Program-made: the position numbers and the translations under genes | The notes under the pieces: generated by a model | The model's input: the letters and a program-made list of their open reading frames with translations, nothing else | Databases searched by the model: none | What the model was told of the DNA's origin: nothing | In this document: positions 54,319 to 63,915 of the stretch, in pieces | How the letters are laid out: every line of letters starts with the position of its first letter | Position numbering within the stretch: position 1 is the stretch's first letter | Assembly (NCBI GenBank): GCA_963706955.1 | Contig: CAVPOC010000010.1 | Location: forward strand, 160,001 to 224,000 | Length of the DNA: 64,000 bases | DNA from: an uncultured Verrucomicrobiae bacterium | Lineage (GTDB): Bacteria > Verrucomicrobiota > Verrucomicrobiia > Chthoniobacterales > Terrimicrobiaceae | Direction of reading: 5' to 3'

Positions 54319-56163
54319 ATGAATTCAACTTCGACATGGTTCGCGCTAAGGAACCCAACATTCCTCCGAATTTGGCTGGCGACCGTTTTCTCGGCGACAT
54401 TTCTCGCGGCGCAGGACGTTACCGCGACTTGGTTGCTCCATGATCTTGGCGCCTCCTTTTCGCTCTCGTTGATGGCCACCGCGACCTCAACGCCGTTACT
54501 TCTGTTCGCCCTACCTGCAGGAATCATTGCGGACACGGTCAACCGCCGGAACGTCGTCTTATCGGCTATGGCGTGGCAGGCGGCCTTTACTGGGCTTCTG
54601 GCTTTCGGCGCATGGACAAAAATACTGAGTATCAATTCGGTCCTCCTCTGCGTTTTCGCGCTCGGCATTGGTGTTGCCTTCGGTGCTCCCGTTTGGAGCG
54701 CGATTGTTCCAAGCATTGTCAGCAAAGAGGAGCTACCTTCGGCGGTCACGTTGGGCGGTGTGCAGGTGAATATCGCAGGGATCGTGGGGCCGGCACTGGG
54801 AGGGTTTGTCCTCCCGAAGCTCGGAGCCCCGCTCCTCCTCTCGATCAATGCACTGATCTTTCTCGCGGTCTGCCTCATCATCCTCCAGTGGCGGCCCGCT
54901 CAACCCTCGGCGAAACAGGCCGAGCAGGGCTTCATGAAGGCTTTCGTCGAATCGGTCCGTTATGCCGCCCGATCCACCAAGATCAAAATTATCCTCTTTC
55001 GAAACCTCCTCTTTTCGCTCGCGATTGCGGCAATTCCTGCCCTGCTTCCGGTGATCATCTATACAGAATTGAAGGGCTCCGCTGCCCAGCTGGGTCTGAC
55101 CTTTACCTGCGTGGCGGCCGGATCATTGGTCGGCGCAGTTTTTCTACTGCCGGTGCTTCGCGAGCGGCTGTCCCCGAATGGGATCACGCTGGTTGCGATG
55201 GCCATTATGCCCGTACTACTCACGGCGATGGCCTTCCTGCGCACTTCGTCCGCCATGCTGGCTTATTCGGCGGCAGCTGGTGTCGCCTGGGCGCTGGCGG
55301 GATCCGAGCTTTGGCTTGCCGGTCAGCGGGCGGTTTCCGGCAGCATTCGAGGCCGGATGAATTCCTTCCTGATCATGGCAGGGCAAGCCGGCATCGCCCT
55401 CGGCTCAATCGTGCTCGGCGCCGCTGCTCTGCATGCGGGTCTTGAGTGGACCTTGACCATTGCCGCGGTTGTGGCTCTGCTAGGTTTCGGTCTCGGGTGT
55501 CTCTTCTCAATCAATTTCCAACCGGAGGCTGCCCCCGAGCAACCATCGGCGACCGAAGAACCCGAAGCGATTGGCTACTACATCCATTCCCTTTGTCGGA
55601 CCGCAGGATACAGCAAGTACGGGATGCGCGACTCGGAGCCGAGACGAAAGGGAAGAGACAAGGATCGTTTGAAAAAACGCTTCCCGCGATCCCGCCGATG
55701 GCCAGTAATTTTCTCTCAACTTCGCTGCAAGTCGCAGACGTTGACAACGTCTCTGCGGCCGAAGGATCGAGATTCCCGCCAGACGAAAGGAGTAAACATG
55801 GAAACCCAAGACACCTGCTGCACATTTGTTCCCTACTTCAAGATTCACGAAGGTAAACTCAATGAAGCAAGAGCCCTCTGCGACAAGTTCGTTGAGAAGA
55901 CCCGGGAGGAGGCCAGGGTGATGTTTTACGGCTTCACTTTCGACGCCGATCACATGCACTGCCGGGAAGGCTATCAGGACGCGGATGGCGTGCTCGCTCA
56001 CCTTGAAAACGTGGGAGCGCTCTTCAAGGAGGCGCTGAAAATCGCCGACCTCACCCGGTTAGAGGTGCACGGACCTGAAAGGGAACTTGAAAAACTGCGC
56101 GGTCCTCTCGCGGAACTCAAGCCGCAGTTCTTTGCGTTGCGGGACGGCTTTCGACGGAGTTGA
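54319..56163 (+). CDS. MFS transporter (MFS_3/DUF894-like, ~aa 1-400); the ORF reads through a non-conserved linker into the downstream barrel protein
   Basis: Motifs ALRNPTF, LPAGIIADTVNRR, GIVGPALGG and RGRMNS, with about 12 hydrophobic segments. Confidence 0.8.
   Translation: MNSTSTWFALRNPTFLRIWLATVFSATFLAAQDVTATWLLHDLGASFSLSLMATATSTPLLLFALPAGIIADTVNRRNVVLSAMAWQAAFTGLLAFGAWTKILSINSVLLCVFALGIGVAFGAPVWSAIVPSIVSKEELPSAVTLGGVQVNIAGIVGPALGGFVLPKLGAPLLLSINALIFLAVCLIILQWRPAQPSAKQAEQGFMKAFVESVRYAARSTKIKIILFRNLLFSLAIAAIPALLPVIIYTELKGSAAQLGLTFTCVAAGSLVGAVFLLPVLRERLSPNGITLVAMAIMPVLLTAMAFLRTSSAMLAYSAAAGVAWALAGSELWLAGQRAVSGSIRGRMNSFLIMAGQAGIALGSIVLGAAALHAGLEWTLTIAAVVALLGFGLGCLFSINFQPEAAPEQPSATEEPEAIGYYIHSLCRTAGYSKYGMRDSEPRRKGRDKDRLKKRFPRSRRWPVIFSQLRCKSQTLTTSLRPKDRDSRQTKGVNMETQDTCCTFVPYFKIHEGKLNEARALCDKFVEKTREEARVMFYGFTFDADHMHCREGYQDADGVLAHLENVGALFKEALKIADLTRLEVHGPERELEKLRGPLAELKPQFFALRDGFRRS
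55798..56163 (+). CDS. Dimeric alpha-beta barrel (ABM-like) protein, probably a separate gene
   Basis: Strong RBS AAAGGAG upstream of ATG 55798; motifs PYFKI, YGFTF, CREGY.DADGVLAHLENV and RLEVHGP. Confidence 0.75.
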   Translation: METQDTCCTFVPYFKIHEGKLNEARALCDKFVEKTREEARVMFYGFTFDADHMHCREGYQDADGVLAHLENVGALFKEALKIADLTRLEVHGPERELEKLRGPLAELKPQFFALRDGFRRS

Positions 56164-56335
56164 CGCGCCAAAAGTCTGTCGCCACTTAGAACGGGTCCAA
56201 AAACGGAGTTAAACCCAACATCCCGGATGCGCGCGCAGCAACGGCAGTCGCTTCGGCGGTTGGGATAGCCGTTTACTCGAGAAACAAGTCTCCATTGCGG
56301 CTGGAGTTCTTGCGGCATAAGTGCTTAATGGGCCC

Positions 56336-57751
56336 ATGCGCCGTACGAAAATTGTCGCTACTCTCGGCCCCGCGAGTAATTCACGGGAAGTTATTCGCCA
56401 ACTCGTTCAAGCGGGAATGGACGTCGCCCGGCTCAATTTCTCGCACGGCAGCTACGACCAACATGCGCAAACGATCAAGAATTTGCGCGAAATTTCAAAG
56501 GAACTGGATACCCCGGTGACGATCCTGCAAGACTTGCAGGGTCCCAAAATTCGCGTCGGAAAACTCCCTGGAGGAGAGATGATGCTCTCGCCGGGGGTGG
56601 TCGTTGCCATGCTTCCCGAGCAAGATTTCACCGGCCAACCGGACACGATTCCACTCGATTACTCTCATGCCGCCGAAGAAGCCAAGGCGGGCATGCGTAT
56701 TCTCCTCGACGATGGCATGATGCAGCTGGAAGTGCTGGAAATCGAGGGAAGAGCGTTGCGCTGTCGCGTGGTAGATGGAGGCGTTCTAAAAAGTCGCAAA
56801 GGCGTCAACTTCCCGCAGCTAAACCTGCGGCTGCTTCCATCGCTCACCGAGAAGGACAAGGAAGACCTCAAATTCGGCATTTCGCAAGATGTTGACTGGA
56901 TCTCTTTGAGTTTTGTGAGGAGCGGATCGGACGTCCATAGCTTGAAAGAGTTGATCGCCGCACAAGGGGTTTTTAAACCGGTTATCGCCAAAATCGAAAA
57001 GCCTCAGGCGATCGAAAACCTCGAGGGAATTCTCCAGGAAACCAATGGAGTTATGGTCGCTCGCGGTGACCTTGGCGTGGAGCTGAAACCGGAAAAGGTG
57101 CCGATGCTGCAAAAGCACATTATCGAAAGTTGTAACCGCAAGGGACTTCCGGTGATTACCGCCACCCAGATGCTTGAAAGCATGATCCGCGATCCCCGAC
57201 CAACCCGCGCCGAAGCCAGCGACGTTGCTAACGCGATCATCGATGGAACCGATGCCGTCATGCTTTCCGGTGAGTCGGCCGTCGGCGCACACCCGGTCCG
57301 TGCCGTCGAGATGATGGCACGCATCGCCAGAGAAGTGGAGGGAGCCATTCCTTTTAAGAGCTACCCTGCGGTAGGAGGCGGGAATGCTCATGCCTTGAGT
57401 GAGGCGGCCAATGTCGTCGCCAGCACCATCGAAACTTCGTGCATCGTCGTGCTCACCACTACCGGCCATACCGCCCATTCGATCGCCGCCGAACGCCCGA
57501 AGACCGCGGTCATTGCCATCTCGCGAAGTAAGCAAGTCTATCACGCCTTGAATCTGTTCTGGGGACTAAAACCACTCCTCGTCGATGACTCACCGAGCGA
57601 CTTTGAAGGACTGGTCAAGCAAGCAGAGTCCACCGTCCTCGCCCGCCAGCTCGCACAAACAGGCGATAAGATCTTGGTCATCGGCGGCGTGCCCGCCCCC
57701 TCGCCACTCGGCGCAAACTTCCTCAAAATCCACACCGTCGGCTCGGGCTAG
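56336..57751 (+). CDS. pyk: Pyruvate kinase
   Basis: Motifs RRTKIVATLGPAS, RLNFSHG, DLQGPKIR, IAKIEK, MVARGDLGVE, ATQMLESM and DAVMLSGESA. Confidence 0.96.
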   Translation: MRRTKIVATLGPASNSREVIRQLVQAGMDVARLNFSHGSYDQHAQTIKNLREISKELDTPVTILQDLQGPKIRVGKLPGGEMMLSPGVVVAMLPEQDFTGQPDTIPLDYSHAAEEAKAGMRILLDDGMMQLEVLEIEGRALRCRVVDGGVLKSRKGVNFPQLNLRLLPSLTEKDKEDLKFGISQDVDWISLSFVRSGSDVHSLKELIAAQGVFKPVIAKIEKPQAIENLEGILQETNGVMVARGDLGVELKPEKVPMLQKHIIESCNRKGLPVITATQMLESMIRDPRPTRAEASDVANAIIDGTDAVMLSGESAVGAHPVRAVEMMARIAREVEGAIPFKSYPAVGGGNAHALSEAANVVASTIETSCIVVLTTTGHTAHSIAAERPKTAVIAISRSKQVYHALNLFWGLKPLLVDDSPSDFEGLVKQAESTVLARQLAQTGDKILVIGGVPAPSPLGANFLKIHTVGSG

Positions 57752-57771
57752 CGTGCTACAAAACCTGCCTC

Positions 57772-57831
57772 TGTAACGACGGTGTTCTCCACCAGGGAGG
57801 GCTCGTTCGGCGTTGGGACACCGCCGCGGCA
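57772..57831. repeat. Degenerate GTAG-type REP doublet
   Basis: TGTAACGACGGTGTTCTCCACC ... CGGCGTTGGGACACCGCCGCGGCA resembles the copies at 17990 and 26144. Confidence 0.55.
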
Positions 57832-58331
57832 GCGCACGACGGCGATCAACCTGAAGATCGGCAGACGCGCTTCTGACAAGCGCCTGGGGATTTCGCTGGA
57901 CGCTTGACACAAGCGCTCCGACAACCAGTCGTGTTCGGTTTATGCTTTCTGGCTGCCGTCACCGAAGCTTTCCGAACCTGCTGGGCGTGCTGGAGGCAAA
58001 TGACAATTCGAAAAAAATTCCTCTTGAGATTCGCTCGAAGTGCGTACAAGTTTACGCCTTGTTCTGGGGGGAACAGCAGGCCAGCGCAGCTATCGTTGCG
58101 TTGGCCTGCAACTTTTTTGGGCTTCGCAACACCCCGCTGGCTGGTCTTTCGTCGGAATTGCTTCTGGAGATCTCTCTTGCGAAAGCTCCTCAGTGCCGTG
58201 ACAAAAGGAGAGGTTGATGGAGACTCTCCGGGTTGACTCGGACGAACTGCTTCTTATTCTTTGGGAATGTTATTATTCTGCCTGAAAGGACTTTTGGCAA
58301 TTGGTGCAGGCCTCGTGATCACCGCCCTTCT

Positions 58332-59372
58332 GTGAAGGGTTTCCGCTACGCGCTTGACCCGATCTGTCTCTCCGCCTGCGCTCTCTACACTCTCAATCGC
58401 TGGCTAATCCAACCCATCTGTTCGTGGCCGTTCCTCCATCAATATCTTGATGATATCGTTCTTATCCCTGCCGCTCTGCCGATCATTCTCGGCATGCAAC
58501 GCTGGTGGGGGCTTCGAGGTCATGACCGTCCACCCACCGCGGCCGAAATTTTTGGACACTTGGCGATCTGGTCGTTCATCGCCGAATTGATCGGCCCATA
58601 CCTTTTCTCGTGGGTCGTCGGCGACCTTGGCGATGTCGTGGCTTATACACTCGGAGCTGTCCTGGCCGGCATGTGGTGGAATCGCGCCGATCTTGGCAAA
58701 CTGATCACTGGCGCGATGCAACCGTCGCCGGTGGCGCGTTTCGACCATCTCGCCAAGCATTACGACTGGATGGAGTCGCTGCTCGCTGGTGCCAAACTCG
58801 AGAAGTGCCGAAATGCGCTCTGGGACGATATCCCTCCCCTCACAAGCGCTTTGCTCGTCGGCGAGGGCCACGGGAAATTCCTCGCCTCGTTATTAAAGCG
58901 CTATCCCACCGCCAAAGTCACCTGCGTCGACGCAAGCGAGCAGATGTTGGAGGTCGCTCGCAAGCGGCTTCAGCGACAAGCACTTTCTTTGAAGGGAGTC
59001 GAATTTGTCCATGCTGCTCTCCCATCCTGGAACCCACCAGCCGGACATTACGATCTGATCGCCACGCACTTCTTTCTCGATTGCTTTCCTCGCGAGCAGC
59101 TCGGCGCTGTCATCGAGGGTCTGCAGACGGCTCTACGACCCGGGGCGTCCTGGCTGGTCTCAGATTTCCAGATCCCGAGAGGGGGTCTCCGGCGGCTGCG
59201 CGCTGGGGTCATCCACCGGCTCATGTATGGCTTCTTTCGGATTGCCACAAAGCTTCCAGCATCTCGCCTGGTTTCGCCCCGGCCATTTCTTCGCAAACAC
59301 GGCTTCATCCGCGTGCGGCGTCAGGAGTTCGATTGGGGTCTGCTCATTGCTGAGCTTTGGAGGCGCGCCTAG
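58332..59372 (+). CDS. Small membrane domain fused to a class I SAM-dependent methyltransferase
   Basis: N-terminal LY.LNRW..YLDD..E...P..GD.GDV.AY..G membrane module; C-terminal LLVGEGHGKFL, VDAS, THFFLDCF and VSDF. Confidence 0.8.
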   Translation: MKGFRYALDPICLSACALYTLNRWLIQPICSWPFLHQYLDDIVLIPAALPIILGMQRWWGLRGHDRPPTAAEIFGHLAIWSFIAELIGPYLFSWVVGDLGDVVAYTLGAVLAGMWWNRADLGKLITGAMQPSPVARFDHLAKHYDWMESLLAGAKLEKCRNALWDDIPPLTSALLVGEGHGKFLASLLKRYPTAKVTCVDASEQMLEVARKRLQRQALSLKGVEFVHAALPSWNPPAGHYDLIATHFFLDCFPREQLGAVIEGLQTALRPGASWLVSDFQIPRGGLRRLRAGVIHRLMYGFFRIATKLPASRLVSPRPFLRKHGFIRVRRQEFDWGLLIAELWRRA

Positions 59373-59608
59373 CCGGCCATTCTACTCCAAAAGCGTTGGC
59401 GCGGCGACGGCCGCACCGGCGCGCCTCGATGGCCCCGCCATTGTAGTGGCTTGCTCGCAAAAGGCAGAACAGATGACTGGGCCGCACTCGACTCAGTCAC
59501 GGGAAAAGAGTATTCAGCATCTGGCATGCTGAAGTTCTCTGGTTTCTTACCGACCCAGCTATTCTTCACTCTGCGCTCCAGCCAAAGCGCACCACCAAAG
59601 GCGCAGCC

Positions 59609-60636
59609 ATGAACCTCATGGATCGCAAGCAGCAGGAAGAATTTTTCCAAGATTATCTCACGCGAATGCTGCCGCAAGGGCATGGTGTCCGTATCGCCGA
59701 GTCAAGCTATGAAGAGGAACGCTCGGCCATGCGTTACGACGCGCCAGCGGGTCCGTTGGTCGTTTGTATTAATGACATCGAAAAGCCAGAAACTGACGTT
59801 CCCCACCGCACCGGTTTCATCGCTCGCCTGCTGAGCGAAATCGGCCGAAAAGAACCCGAGGAGTACATCAGAACTGCAATCGGCCTTTTCGACGGGACCT
59901 ATGCCAACTTCGACGCGCCGGTTGTTTGCCCTGGCGGCGCGGAGATCTTCGCATGGGATTCCACAAGGAGGATCTGGCCGCGCCCTTTTTACATCCGGCG
60001 CTGGATTGACGGCCGGAATTTGGCCGTGATGCCCAGAGCGAGCTATTTTCGACGGGCCGGAGAGGTGCTACGCAAGTTTCATCGCATCAGGCTTAAGAAG
60101 TCCTACGCGAGTTTCGAGCCGTCGCAGAAGGAGAAGCATCTCATGCGACCGAGTTGTTCGGCATCGGCAAGTCTCTCGAGGCGGTCGAGCCATTGCTTCC
60201 GCTAGCCACTCTGAGGGCAGTCACCAAACTCGAAGCCGATCCCGAAAGCGTCGTGGTCGGCCTTCTCAACAACGGTTTCTTTGGCAACAACGTTTTGATC
60301 GACAATTTCGGCCATGTCCGCGTTCTCGACTGGGAGAAGGCAGGTATCGGCGATCTCGGCCAGGACTTCTTCCCGCTCAAGTACTGGACGGTCGTCGAGA
60401 AGCGCTCCGGCTGGTACATGCCCAATGCCTCGCTCTTCGCGGCATTTTGCAAGGGTTACGGCACGAGCGACGTCGAGGCGCTGTGCGCACGGCCCGCCTA
60501 CCGCTACCTCGAAGCGCAATGGCTACTGCAGCGCCTGGGCGCCGCGTCGCGACGGTGGACGCAGGGCGCCGTGCACGAGCCGTATCCCGAACCCGATTTT
60601 TACGTGAGCTCTCTTCGGCAACTGCTCAATGTCTAG
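59609..60636 (+). CDS. Aminoglycoside phosphotransferase/choline-kinase-like fold protein with a degenerate catalytic loop; frameshift at ~60118
   Basis: FYIRRWIDG and AGEVLRKFH, then LLNNGFFGNNVLID..VLDWEKAGIGD..QD in the next frame. Confidence 0.72.
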
Positions 60637-60645
60637 GGAGATCCC

Positions 60646-62616
60646 ATGGTGAACCTAAAAGCAGGTCGTTTCGCGCTGCCAGCAGGGATCTTCGCGACGA
60701 TCCTCTGGGGATCGCAAGCCTGGGTTGCCGTCCGCGCCATGCCGCAGTTGAATTTTCTTGAGATCACCCTGCTCCTCCATGCCTTCGCCCTGGCGGGAAT
60801 CACGACTCTAAACCTTTTCCGCCTTCGCGATTTTGTGCGGGATTTGAAATTCCTCCTTCGTGTCAGGCACGCTCTCGGATTCTGGATATTGTCCGGCGCA
60901 TGCCAGGGCGTTTGTTTTCTGCTCTTCTATCTCGCGGTGCAGAACGGACCCCAAGTTCCTAGCATGATCATGCACTTTATGTGGCCGTTCATTTTTGCCA
61001 TTGCGAACGCCCTCTTTCCGAGTACGTGGAAGCAGCACAGCAGCGGGTATGAACTGAAAGTCGTCGCCATAGGCTTGTTCGGCGTCTGGTTCCTTATGCA
61101 AAGCGGCCTGGCTGTCGGAGAGCACAGCGCGCTCGGCCTTGGCAAGGCAGCACTAATGCTGGCGGCCCTTGCCTCGGCCATCTTCGGCGGCGCAAACGCC
61201 GTCTTCGACGATCATGCCCTTGCACGGTCGCGAGCCCGCCACGTCGAACTGCTTCAGGCGCCCGAGTTGCCAGTGACCTTTCGGTATTCCGCACTACAGA
61301 TTCGCTTTCTTTCCGGCCTGGTGGCGATGCTCCTGCTTTGCTTCGGGTTGCACGCGACGCCGCTGCTGCTGCCACCGATCTATTTTGGCGACATATCGGT
61401 TCAAGACCTGATCGCGCCTTTCTGGCTCGGCTTCGTCGTCTATTTCGGGGCGGATTTCTTTTTTAACTACACGATGACCCATCTCTCGGAGTCCGCACGG
61501 CAGGGCTTCACCTATTTGCCGCCGTTGTTTGGAGCCCTCTTTCTTTACCTCGGCGGAGCGCGCATCGACCAGCAGATGGTCTTCGGCGTGCTGATCATCC
61601 TCCTGGCCATGTTTCAAATGCAGGCGGGCACAAGGGACTGGACGGCCAATACAGCGGCACCTTTCCTCTTCATCTTCGCGAGCATCATCGTGCTTCAGGT
61701 GCCCGACATGCTGCGGCTTCGCGGCGCACTTGAGGACGCCGAAGGCGTCAACGCCGAAGTCATGGCGGGCGTCTTTGCCATCGTCATCAGCTTTTTGCTC
61801 AGCAGGCTGCTTGACCGCAATAAGTCAGAAAACGAGCTCGAGATAGAGAACGTCAACATCATGGGGGAAATCATTGCCGAGGCAGACAGGACGCTGGCGG
61901 ACGAACGAATACTGCTGAAACTAAAGAACCTCGCCTATCGGCTGAGCGTCTATATTCTCGATTTCGACGTCAATACGACGCGCTCCCGCCGCAGCTTCTT
62001 GATCCATAAGATTAACGCCGTCGTCCAGGGCATGGGCCGCGTCCTGCGCGAGTCCTCCACCGATCTTCCACCGGAACTGAAAGGCAGATATGAAGATCTC
62101 GATCGCGGCATCTCCAAATGGATTTTCCTCCGTTCGCAATTTCTCTCCCTTTCAGAGAAATGGTCGGTCGCCCTCCTCTCTTTCGCGAGCGTCATCGCTT
62201 TTCTCGTTGCCTCGAATCGCACTCCGATCTGGTATGCCGACCTATCGGCAATCGCGCTCATCACGACGGTTTTTATTCTTGTCTTCCAGGCTTTTGATCT
62301 CGGGGCCAACCGCAGCGAAGCGGAAGTGGCTGATATCCTCAACAAACAGATGCCGCTGCTGCGGCACGGCTTTTTACCTTACGTGCCGTTCGAACTTATC
62401 CAAAAGCGCGTTTTCGTGACAGACACCAGGCCGCTGCCCGTGCTGACGCGCCGGCCTGACGGCGCTTACGAGCGCGCTTATTTGCCAACCCGTGAGAATG
62501 ACCTGCGCTTTCTCGCGCAGTTATTGAACGCGTCAGGCTTGACGGCGGTTTTGTTGCTCCTGCTCAATAAGCACGGCATCGTCGAGTCTGTGGTATTGAG
62601 AGCACTTCACTCTTAG
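60646..62616 (+). CDS. EamA/DMT-like transporter with a long C-terminal extension
   Basis: ATILWG, FLLFYLAV, HFMWP and TYLPPLFGAL in a ~10-TM N-terminal half, followed by further TM and helical segments. Confidence 0.72.
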   Translation: MVNLKAGRFALPAGIFATILWGSQAWVAVRAMPQLNFLEITLLLHAFALAGITTLNLFRLRDFVRDLKFLLRVRHALGFWILSGACQGVCFLLFYLAVQNGPQVPSMIMHFMWPFIFAIANALFPSTWKQHSSGYELKVVAIGLFGVWFLMQSGLAVGEHSALGLGKAALMLAALASAIFGGANAVFDDHALARSRARHVELLQAPELPVTFRYSALQIRFLSGLVAMLLLCFGLHATPLLLPPIYFGDISVQDLIAPFWLGFVVYFGADFFFNYTMTHLSESARQGFTYLPPLFGALFLYLGGARIDQQMVFGVLIILLAMFQMQAGTRDWTANTAAPFLFIFASIIVLQVPDMLRLRGALEDAEGVNAEVMAGVFAIVISFLLSRLLDRNKSENELEIENVNIMGEIIAEADRTLADERILLKLKNLAYRLSVYILDFDVNTTRSRRSFLIHKINAVVQGMGRVLRESSTDLPPELKGRYEDLDRGISKWIFLRSQFLSLSEKWSVALLSFASVIAFLVASNRTPIWYADLSAIALITTVFILVFQAFDLGANRSEAEVADILNKQMPLLRHGFLPYVPFELIQKRVFVTDTRPLPVLTRRPDGAYERAYLPTRENDLRFLAQLLNASGLTAVLLLLLNKHGIVESVVLRALHS

Positions 62617-63915
62617 GACTTGAGAGGAGCCACGGCGCTAAGCACAGCGGAAACAATCGCTTCGTTGGTGACGTCCCCGTGTCCGGTAATCAAAGTGTCG
62701 CCGTTAAGGTTGTAAATTACTGGTTGTTTAAACTGATATGGCTGGGGATCGGTTGCCGGACGAAGGTTGATTTGTGCTGCGTCGACCTCCGTGTCTTCCA
62801 TTTCTTGCGCGCCATTGCGCCCCATCGCTCCGAAACGGTCGTTCTTATCCCCGAGCGCCAGTCGATCATCCTGGTTGATGCGCGAGGCCAACGGATAGGC
62901 AGTCCCGACGGCCTTATCGAGAATCGAGTGCGTGATCAAAATCGGTCCGTGGACCCTTTTTTGCTCCACCACGGCACGAAAGAAACCGTTCTTTTTCTTT
63001 GAGAATCCATTATGCGAAAAAGCTGCTTGCAGCAATGTCATGCTTCGGATTCGGGGAGTAGTCGAATTTGCTGCGGCCGCCGTAACGACACGGCCGCCAA
63101 AGCTATGGCCGATCAGATGAATCGCTTCGATCGAAGGCGGAAGTCGGTCGAGAAAAGGCGCGACGCCATTTTTACCGATCGTGCCCGCGCGCGTTTTCAT
63201 TTCAAAGTAGGTCGTGTAGTTGAGAAGGTTCAGCGCGGAGTTGAAAAAACCAGAGAGGAAGTTTTCCGCAGCGACCACGTCGTCCAGAGCGAGCTTTGCC
63301 GGTCCCGCGGGGAGAGCCGCAGACGCCGCATCCTCCTCGGTGCGTTCCTCCGGGGGGGAGCTCTTGATCTTCAGCTTGAGAGACTCCATGAGCTCGTCGG
63401 GTTCGCTCTTAAAGAAGGACGGTGGAGGCATCTTCACGGTCTGCCGCGGAAGGGTCCAGCAAGGATCGTATCTTCTGGACGAACGCCGCACGTGCGGTCG
63501 CCTTATCGTTAAGGTCTCCGACAAGGTCTATCGCCTCATTCAGCAGCTTCTTGTCAGCGTCACTCTCGAAAAGACTTTTCATCTCTTCAAGCTTACTAAT
63601 GACCTTAGCCTCACCTTCAGCGCGTCTCTCGACAGACGCCGCACCATTAGCGTCGCCGCCGCCGAAAACGGCCAGGCCCTCGTTGAATTTCTTCGATGGC
63701 CAAAATACTCCGACGACCGCAAACGGCTTAACTTTGGTGAGGTTGAATCGCGCCTTCGCTATCTTTTCAAAGTTGCGAAAAAACGCGCCATAGAGGTTAC
63801 GCGCCTCGTTGGCATCGTTAAGCCAACCATGCGAGAAAACGAAGACCTGCTTCGTCGAGCTTGGCAGCGTCAACATCGCTGAGAACTCGACCGTCCTTAT
63901 CGAAGCTAAGTTCAT
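62613..63915 (-). CDS. Alpha/beta hydrolase; frameshift at ~63418
   Basis: FSHGWLND and VGVFWPSK in the first frame; GHSFGG nucleophile elbow, LLQAAFSH, THS..D.AV..YP and C-terminal GHGDV in the second. Confidence 0.82.

Noticed and set aside
57752..58331. Long intergenic region as a possible ncRNA or riboswitch
   Set aside because: Only a decayed REP and a weak hairpin (GTTGCG..CGCAAC) were seen; no known RNA motif was recognisable by eye.
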